DNA of 64,000 nucleotides, from the NCBI GenBank assembly GCA_947628315.1, contig CANQZJ010000003.1:7607-71606 (forward strand), read 5' to 3'. Below the pieces are notes generated by a model. It made no database searches and was not told the origin of the DNA. It saw nothing but the letters and a program-made list of their open reading frames with translations. Of this stretch, positions 57,539-64,000 are shown one piece after another; the first letter of the stretch is position 1, and every line of letters starts with the position of its first letter. A program made the translations under genes and the position numbers. This DNA comes from an uncultured Oscillospiraceae bacterium. Lineage in GTDB: Bacteria; Bacillota; Clostridia; Oscillospirales; Oscillospiraceae.

Positions 57539-57998
57539 GGCTGGAACCTCCTCGAAAATCTATGATTCTAATATACTCTTCTGAAAAGAGAATTTGGCAA
57601 TCCTTGAGTTTACATAACAAAAAAAGACGAACATATGCAAACGCATACATTCGTCCAAATATATAAAATATGTAATTAACTAAAGGGACGGGCTGATCCC
57701 GATCCTCGGACTCATAAGAGCGCCGATAGCTCACGACCAGCTCGTCGAGAGAACAGGCATAAAGCTCACTAAGGAATACCAGAAAATGAATCGAGGGAAT
57801 TTGTTTTCCGCTCTCAAGAATGCTGATGTACTCCCTTGTCGCCGAGGTATCGTAACAATAATCAAACAGTTCGGACAAGTCCTTCTGAGTGAGATTGTGT
57901 TGACGGCGAAGCTCCTTAAGCTGTCTCCCGGTTGCGACAGGGTCAATCCCCCAATCCGCTGCGTGTTTGTACACATAGTCGATAATTGAGTAGTCCAT
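57495..57998 (-). CDS. XRE-family HTH regulator (3' end uncertain)
   Basis: LKELRRQHNLTQKDLS...ILESGKQIPS. Confidence 0.8.
   Translation of the reverse strand: MDYSIIDYVYKHAADWGIDPVATGRQLKELRRQHNLTQKDLSELFDYCYDTSATREYISILESGKQIPSIHFLVFLSELYACSLDELVVSYRRSYESEDRDQPVPLVNYIFYIFGRMYAFAYVRLFLLCKLKDCQILFSEEYIRIIDFRGGSSHENFRRSCFPGRSF
57619..57655 (-). terminator. Rho-independent terminator inside the 3' part of the XRE ORF
   Basis: GACGAATGTATGC-GTTT-GCATATGTTCGTC-TTTTTTT. Confidence 0.75.
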
Positions 57999-58086
57999 TG
58001 TTCTTCCTCCTAAGTTTTTTGTGTGGCATAAAGCCTATAAGATCACAAAACTTCAGCAAGAAGGACAATCCTGTCGAACCAAATTC

Positions 58087-58114
58087 ATTATAGCAGAAAA
58101 AAGGCAAAAGTCAA
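58087..58114 (-). promoter_or_regulatory. Sigma70 promoter for the XRE/SprT unit
   Basis: TTGACT-16-TATAAT with TG extension. Confidence 0.7.
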
Positions 58115-58181
58115 GAAAAATGCTACAAATAATGGGGAACGCAAACCTCAAGTTAACAATATGATGGTTCGCCACAATTAC

Positions 58182-59159
58182 TCATTCTTTATAATTGGCA
58201 ACAAACTCTCTGATTTTTTGAAGCATCATCACAACATTCTGTTGATCAATATCCAAAGGCATATCGATTTCTATGGGCAAATATGAATTCCACGACCTGT
58301 CAAATATTCCATCACTGTGAATATCTTTTTGACACAGTACAAACAGAGGTTTCTTTAATGCTATTGCGATTCCGCTCTCAATTTGTAACCATCCCGAAGT
58401 GTATTTTCTGTGAACGCTTTCAGATTCGTACATTGAGCCTTCTTTGTCTCTGTAATAATACACATGACTTCTTTCAAGTCCGATAATAATCACAGCATTG
58501 CAAGCCTCGATAGTATCTCTGACTTTTCCCATAGGATCTTTTTTATCGAAGTCTGTTAGAACGCATCTGATCGGTTTTACACCTATTTCTCTTAATTTAT
58601 CGCAAAACGAATTAATAAAATCTCCTTGTTCAAAAGTATGTGGAGTAATAGAACTGATAAAAATCGGGAAAGTCGGTTCTGTAACATCGGTTCCCCGGTA
58701 ATTAGCCGCTTTATTCTCTTGCTGCTTTTTCTTGGCGATATCTGTTTTGATATATTGCTTTATTATTTGAAGTATATTCTCATGTACATCTCTTGCGTCA
58801 ACTTCTAAGGAACCTCTTTCGACTCCGGTATCATGAACAAGTCGATTTCTTTTGTTTCGAATTTCATTACATCTGTTGTGGATATCCCGAAACATATTCT
58901 TGTTTTTACTTGGCAAAACATCGTTTCTGTTTTGAATAAAATAGTTCAAATCTCTTATTAGCTGATTCAGTTCAACATCATGCTCTTTTTTGTCGAGTTC
59001 AAAAAGGATATCCTTTAATAAAGCTTCAACAAACACTGCACCCCAAATGATAGAAGACAACAACTCACCGGAATCGTATGCCTGCAAGCATTTTGACACA
59101 TGTCTGAATGTTAAGTCTGTAAAACAGCTCTTATATTGAATAACTTCCGTCATCTCCAT
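58182..59159 (-). CDS. HEPN-like + TIR/NDT-like fusion, candidate defence effector
   Basis: RNRLVH (RxxxxH); IFISS...SGWLQIESGIAIALKKP. Confidence 0.65.
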   Translation of the reverse strand: MEMTEVIQYKSCFTDLTFRHVSKCLQAYDSGELLSSIIWGAVFVEALLKDILFELDKKEHDVELNQLIRDLNYFIQNRNDVLPSKNKNMFRDIHNRCNEIRNKRNRLVHDTGVERGSLEVDARDVHENILQIIKQYIKTDIAKKKQQENKAANYRGTDVTEPTFPIFISSITPHTFEQGDFINSFCDKLREIGVKPIRCVLTDFDKKDPMGKVRDTIEACNAVIIIGLERSHVYYYRDKEGSMYESESVHRKYTSGWLQIESGIAIALKKPLFVLCQKDIHSDGIFDRSWNSYLPIEIDMPLDIDQQNVVMMLQKIREFVANYKE

Positions 59160-59208
59160 GATTATCCCTCCAAAGGATGTTTTTTACAAATGAAAATTAA
59201 TACTGAGG

Positions 59209-59252
59209 TGTCTCAGAGCAATGCGATTCTATAATTGCATTGCTCTGAGACA
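59209..59252. repeat. Perfect 16-bp intergenic inverted repeat
   Basis: TGTCTCAGAGCAATGC...GCATTGCTCTGAGACA. Confidence 0.8.
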
Positions 59253-59277
59253 ATAAATGAACGTATATAGAATCAAA

Positions 59278-62200
59278 TTAATATTCTTCAGATAATCCTA
59301 TGATGTTGAGTACACCGTCATCACTAAAAAGAAGTCTTTTTAATTTTTCAAGCTGCGTTATTCCCACAATATTCCCGTTCGAATTACCATGTGCAGACTT
59401 GTTGCGTATTGAGACGGCCTGATTGAGCATTTTACTGTGTTTTTTCCAGTCACTTCTTTGTAATTTGGGAATATGAACCCAATCAGTTTCTTCGTTATAT
59501 TTTCCTGGCTTAATTGGATATAGGAAACTGCCTAATAAGATTTTATTCTGTACCGCTATACGATCTTTTTCTTTCATTGTCGTCAGATCTCCAAATAAGC
59601 AGTCTTTCTCACAACTATTGTCAGGAAAATATACTTGGTATTTCTTCGTATGATAGAACCTTAGAACTTTTTCAAGAATTTTGCAATACATAATACAAAC
59701 TGGACTACGATCGAGTTCAGCTTCATCACTCTTTGCAAGATCAAATATATAATCCAGCTTTGCAGCAAGAATCAATTCTGCCATAAACGAAGGGACTATT
59801 TTCTTCGATATATCTCTATATGTCAGCTCGGAGATTCTAAGCATTTCCCATACGCAAAACTCATCCGGCGCATCATTATTTGATACAAGAGCAGAAAGAT
59901 AATCCGACACCATTTGACTGGTAGTTGATTCTAATTTGGCTTCTGCTTCAGCCACAACCACGGAATCATCGCTTTCGAGTTCTTCCAAAAGTGGGATTCC
60001 GTTATCACCTGAATAAGTATTTAGGCGTGGTAAGCTTTGCAAATTGCTAACTATCTGTGAAAAATCTGTACCAGCAGCAAAAATACCATTTATTGTATTG
60101 GTAATATTTTGAGCATTTACTGTTATACTGCGATCATCACCTTCGTAACTCTTTCCTGCTATTTCTTTCAGTTTCTTTCTGATATTAGGCGATTTTGCGG
60201 ATAAAGCCATTCCTCCAATTGCCCACTCTTGAGATTCTTCATCCATACTGCCAAAAATTTGCTTTACCGCCTCTAAATCCGAAACAAAAGTATCGTTGCT
60301 AATCTCTTCATTTTTTGTTCCTTCATTCGTTGAGTAAATGAATATTTTGTTTTCTCTTAAATTATTAACCGTTCCGCAAAACGCATTATGATAGAATACG
60401 GTTGAAAACACATATCCGTTTCGTTCATTCCCGTTAATAATTCCACGTTCCCTAGCAATTGTTAGAGAATCAAGCAACGCATCTTCTCCATAGACTAATC
60501 TTCTGGAAGAGGATTCCTCAAATTCGGAATAAGGGAATCTATCTCTTGAAGGATTGTTGATAAACCAATTAGCCATGTACCATAAGTATTGCTTATCTGT
60601 ATCGTCATCAAGACCTTTTGTAACAGCATCGAATATTTGCACTATACGCGAAGTGTTATATTCGTTTCTTCCGCTGGTGATTGTATCATTTTTTCTTATG
60701 TCATCCAGCATTTGTGTTGCAAGCATTTGTGTCGCTTCGGCAACATCATAAGAGTAAATGACGTTGCGCCTAAACCTTTCCGAGCCCATCTGCTTAACAT
60801 TTTCTAATATAGTATTGCAGATTTCTTTTCCATACATAGGTACTCTTGCAGAATATACACAAATTGCAGTCAAGGCTTCTGCCGAATATATAATTCCAGG
60901 GTTAATTACCGTATTATCCTCAGAAATCATTCTTCTGAATGGGTCATCTGAAACACTAGACGATGTTTCTTTAATTGGCCCTATACGAACTTGTCCAGCC
61001 GTATTTAGAATTTTTTTGCGCCAGACAGAGTTTTGCCTCACTAGTACCATTTGACGAAGCAACTCATCCGAACCGCAGAAAATTAACTTAATATTTGTGA
61101 TATCAATCTCATTAACACTCTCACACAAACGAATAAACTCAACTGGTTCATTGTCGTTGAGGTTGCTCCAGTGTTCAACGACTTGCTGGAATTCATCAAA
61201 CAGAATCCATATCTCGCTGCTACAAGACTTGAGGACAGAGTCAATTTGACGATATCGGAATTCTATAGGCTCTTCCTGCTCAAGGATACTGCTAATCTGA
61301 TTAAGCAAATTATGGTTTTTCATAATATCAGCATCAAAATTAGCTTTGCCAAATCTTTCGTCAGTCAATCCATATTTTAGTGTGTCTATCAAAAGATACT
61401 CGGAAAGAGATTTATTTACTTCCGTGCGATTCTTGTCGTCATAAAGAATTTTGCGATTGCTGTCATAAAAATATTCGGTATAGTCGCTTTCTTTTCCTTT
61501 TCCGCGTTCTCCACCTAAAAGAACCGTGATAATATTACCTCGCTCCGCAGCTAAATTATAGCGTATCCAATTCAAAAGCGATGTTTTGCCTATGCGAGAA
61601 GGGCCATAAATAACAACTTTACCTGAATCTATTGCGTAAGCAATATCTTCTTGTTCTTCTTCACGACCATATAGTCTGTTCTTGTCTGTTTCTCCTGCGG
61701 CATATTTTACTTCATATCCAGGACGGGGTCTTGCTTTTAAAAGAACCGGCTCAGCTATCTTAAGTAATGAAGTTGATCTTGTTATAATCTTGTCGTTAAT
61801 TTTCACCTCAATTATAATTTTAATGCAGTCTCCGATACTACATCTTTTACTAAGATTATTGATGTCTTGTACGCATCCAGTCATCCATCCAGTTCTTAAT
61901 TCCCGAATATTTGAAACTGTAACATTGTATTTGGATGGTTGATTGTTTGGTAAAACTGCCGTCAAAACTATGTCGCAGTTAACCAGAAGATCGACAGCTA
62001 CAGAACCGGTGTTCCTGATTTGGAAATAAACGCAACCATCCTGAAGGAGCCCGTTTTTGTTTTCTATACAAACAGTTAATCTATTGCCACTTTCAATTTG
62101 TTTTATGCGTCTTGATACTGCAGCTTTAATTGCACCTATGTATGCAGAGCTACCGATATAAGCGATTTCTCGCAACTGCACATATAGGAGCTCTGTTGCA

Positions 62201-64000
62201 CGGAGTGCGAAAGGCTCATCAAACTCCGGGCAGCTCTCTCGAATATGTTTAATAAGGTTTTGAACCTCAATTACATCATTTTCTGCAGTATTCAGAGAAA
62301 TAATGTCTAATATTTTTTTTTGGTTATCTATCCAGATATCAATACTAAACTCGCGATAAATTTCAGTAAAGCATTCAAAAAGCCGTTCCTTCTGCAATTG
62401 TGACAGATAGTTCTGTTGATTGTATAAATCAACAAGAACATCAAATTTATGATTTGCAGAAATATTGGTTGACTCTTTAGAAATCAGCAAGAATCCGAAT
62501 TCGATTGCAATTCCAAAGTTTTCGCCGTTTATTCCAACAGAGTGGAAATAAGATAGTCCATTGGATATACGATCATGAATATCGATCTTTCCATTGACGA
62601 TATATTCTGTGTTTAGCCTATTTAATCCCAAATCTGTTTTAACATGATAGCTTTTGTAGTGCTGCCAAATTAAATTTACGAACGAAATGTCTTTTGTTTC
62701 CACTAAATACGATTCGCTATAATAAAAAGACGAATTTGGTTTGAAAACAGCTTCTGAATTGTCAGATTTAGCATATTCAAGTATCTTTAAGGAATCTGTA
62801 CGCCAGTCGGCAGGAACATTTTCGAGAAATCCCGTTCCAAATTTATCCAGATATTCTCTTAATTCTTTCTGCTTCTTTTCTGTTGCATACTTTAAAACAA
62901 TGAGATATTGATATTGAGACATTGCCATTGAATATCCATTGTCGTTTAAGTATTTCGCCAATTCTTCAAAGCGTTCGTTAAAATATCCCTTGGCACGACC
63001 AATAGCAGACATTCTTAAACGGTCAAACACTTTTCCAGGCATTTGCCTTGAAAAAACAATTGCATTTATAAATCTCTTATTGGTGTTATAAAGGCTTTCT
63101 TCCAGTTCTAAAACTTTTTCGACACAGATATTTCCTCCGGATTTCCCCGCTGCATTTGCTTCAATTGTTAACGAAGTAAACAATCCTGGCTCTTGATTCT
63201 TTATATCAGTTGACAGCCACTCATTAAAAGCAAGGGCAACAGAATCAGAAAATGTTCTTGCCAATGAAACAATATCTTGGCTGTTAACTCTATCAACAAG
63301 GGGTATGTATTTTTGAAAGAATCTTTCGTTTATATCCCTGTAGTTTAATGCGAAGAGAATGCTTTTAAGTAAAGCGATTGATTTTGATGATAGTTTTAGT
63401 AGAAAAGATTTATTGAGATCCCAAAAACCTGAAAAATCAGCACTAATTAATCCAAAGAGTAGCTGATGTTTCTCTTTTTCATCTATTTCATCTATTATGA
63501 ATAAATCTTCAATGTTTCGTTTGAATTCATTGTACCCCTCGGAAATCAAACGCTCATAGTGTCCATTCTCTTTCATGAGTTGTATTATTTTTGTATCATC
63601 TATTTTGTCTGATTGGATGCTTTCAATCATCAATAGCTTTAGATAACGCCATGTTTTGTACTCGAAGATATAAGAGGGGTTCCATACCAATTGAGCCTCA
63701 TAGCATTTTTCTAAATACTTGAGATACACATTGAAAACGCCTTGATTTATCAAAGCGTCATACTCAAACCAATAGGATTGATAAATGTCTTCGTTATAAA
63801 AAACACCAAGTGTAACAGAAAAAACTAAGAGTTTGTGTTTAAGATTCAAGCAATCTTGATTGAATCTTAAAAAAGCACTGCTATCAGGATATACGGATAT
63901 AATACGAATGCAGTCTTGTTTAAACCTTTGTACTTCCTCTTCGTTGCTCAACAATCCAGGAAATTCATCAAACAAAAGAGTATCTGATTCATAGACTATT
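59278..64000 (-). CDS. Very large P-loop (STAND-like) ATPase with C-terminal RxxxxH; 5' end outside window
   Basis: LYGRE, GPSRIGKTS, ILFDEFQ, RNKSAH; frame open to the window edge. Confidence 0.75.
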   Translation of the reverse strand, partial: IVYESDTLLFDEFPGLLSNEEEVQRFKQDCIRIISVYPDSSAFLRFNQDCLNLKHKLLVFSVTLGVFYNEDIYQSYWFEYDALINQGVFNVYLKYLEKCYEAQLVWNPSYIFEYKTWRYLKLLMIESIQSDKIDDTKIIQLMKENGHYERLISEGYNEFKRNIEDLFIIDEIDEKEKHQLLFGLISADFSGFWDLNKSFLLKLSSKSIALLKSILFALNYRDINERFFQKYIPLVDRVNSQDIVSLARTFSDSVALAFNEWLSTDIKNQEPGLFTSLTIEANAAGKSGGNICVEKVLELEESLYNTNKRFINAIVFSRQMPGKVFDRLRMSAIGRAKGYFNERFEELAKYLNDNGYSMAMSQYQYLIVLKYATEKKQKELREYLDKFGTGFLENVPADWRTDSLKILEYAKSDNSEAVFKPNSSFYYSESYLVETKDISFVNLIWQHYKSYHVKTDLGLNRLNTEYIVNGKIDIHDRISNGLSYFHSVGINGENFGIAIEFGFLLISKESTNISANHKFDVLVDLYNQQNYLSQLQKERLFECFTEIYREFSIDIWIDNQKKILDIISLNTAENDVIEVQNLIKHIRESCPEFDEPFALRATELLYVQLREIAYIGSSAYIGAIKAAVSRRIKQIESGNRLTVCIENKNGLLQDGCVYFQIRNTGSVAVDLLVNCDIVLTAVLPNNQPSKYNVTVSNIRELRTGWMTGCVQDINNLSKRCSIGDCIKIIIEVKINDKIITRSTSLLKIAEPVLLKARPRPGYEVKYAAGETDKNRLYGREEEQEDIAYAIDSGKVVIYGPSRIGKTSLLNWIRYNLAAERGNIITVLLGGERGKGKESDYTEYFYDSNRKILYDDKNRTEVNKSLSEYLLIDTLKYGLTDERFGKANFDADIMKNHNLLNQISSILEQEEPIEFRYRQIDSVLKSCSSEIWILFDEFQQVVEHWSNLNDNEPVEFIRLCESVNEIDITNIKLIFCGSDELLRQMVLVRQNSVWRKKILNTAGQVRIGPIKETSSSVSDDPFRRMISEDNTVINPGIIYSAEALTAICVYSARVPMYGKEICNTILENVKQMGSERFRRNVIYSYDVAEATQMLATQMLDDIRKNDTITSGRNEYNTSRIVQIFDAVTKGLDDDTDKQYLWYMANWFINNPSRDRFPYSEFEESSSRRLVYGEDALLDSLTIARERGIINGNERNGYVFSTVFYHNAFCGTVNNLRENKIFIYSTNEGTKNEEISNDTFVSDLEAVKQIFGSMDEESQEWAIGGMALSAKSPNIRKKLKEIAGKSYEGDDRSITVNAQNITNTINGIFAAGTDFSQIVSNLQSLPRLNTYSGDNGIPLLEELESDDSVVVAEAEAKLESTTSQMVSDYLSALVSNNDAPDEFCVWEMLRISELTYRDISKKIVPSFMAELILAAKLDYIFDLAKSDEAELDRSPVCIMYCKILEKVLRFYHTKKYQVYFPDNSCEKDCLFGDLTTMKEKDRIAVQNKILLGSFLYPIKPGKYNEETDWVHIPKLQRSDWKKHSKMLNQAVSIRNKSAHGNSNGNIVGITQLEKLKRLLFSDDGVLNIIGLSEEY

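Noticed and set aside
46086-57998. Complete conjugative element (ICE)
   Set aside because: No relaxase, VirB4, VirB6 or integrase recognisable in the window
1-64000. tRNA, rRNA or att sites
   Set aside because: None recognisable by eye; tRNAscan/Infernal and flanking sequence would be needed

Overview
Bacillota (Clostridia-like) accessory DNA in four blocks. (1) 1-~35.8 kb: an HK97-type siphoviral prophage on the minus strand, with tail, head, packaging, DNA-modification (two methylases, MetK-like), PolA/primase/SNF2 replication and a sigma-like regulator. It carries morons and several inactivating lesions. The integrase and lysis end lies outside the window. (2) 35.8-40.9 kb: an XRE-ImmA gene pair plus an EcoRII-like Dcm/REase/Vsr restriction-modification module. 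(3) 41-58 kb: an apparently uncharacterised locus and the best candidate for a new system. It holds a RiPP-like cluster: three near-identical 39-41 aa precursors ending in AACC that the ORF track misses, an RRE/M50-type intramembrane protease, a membrane-anchored ThiF-like adenylase and a HExxH membrane protease. Next to it is an operon with ClpP, two soluble VirD4/TrwB-like ATPases, an OmpA lipoprotein, SprT and an XRE gene. A shared promoter-proximal box (TGTAAWC-N4-GGTKTAT) links the two parts. (4) 58.2-64 kb: AT-rich candidate defence genes (a large P-loop ATPase with a C-terminal RxxxxH motif, and a HEPN-like/TIR-like fusion). All calls come from reading motifs by eye; no database searches were run.
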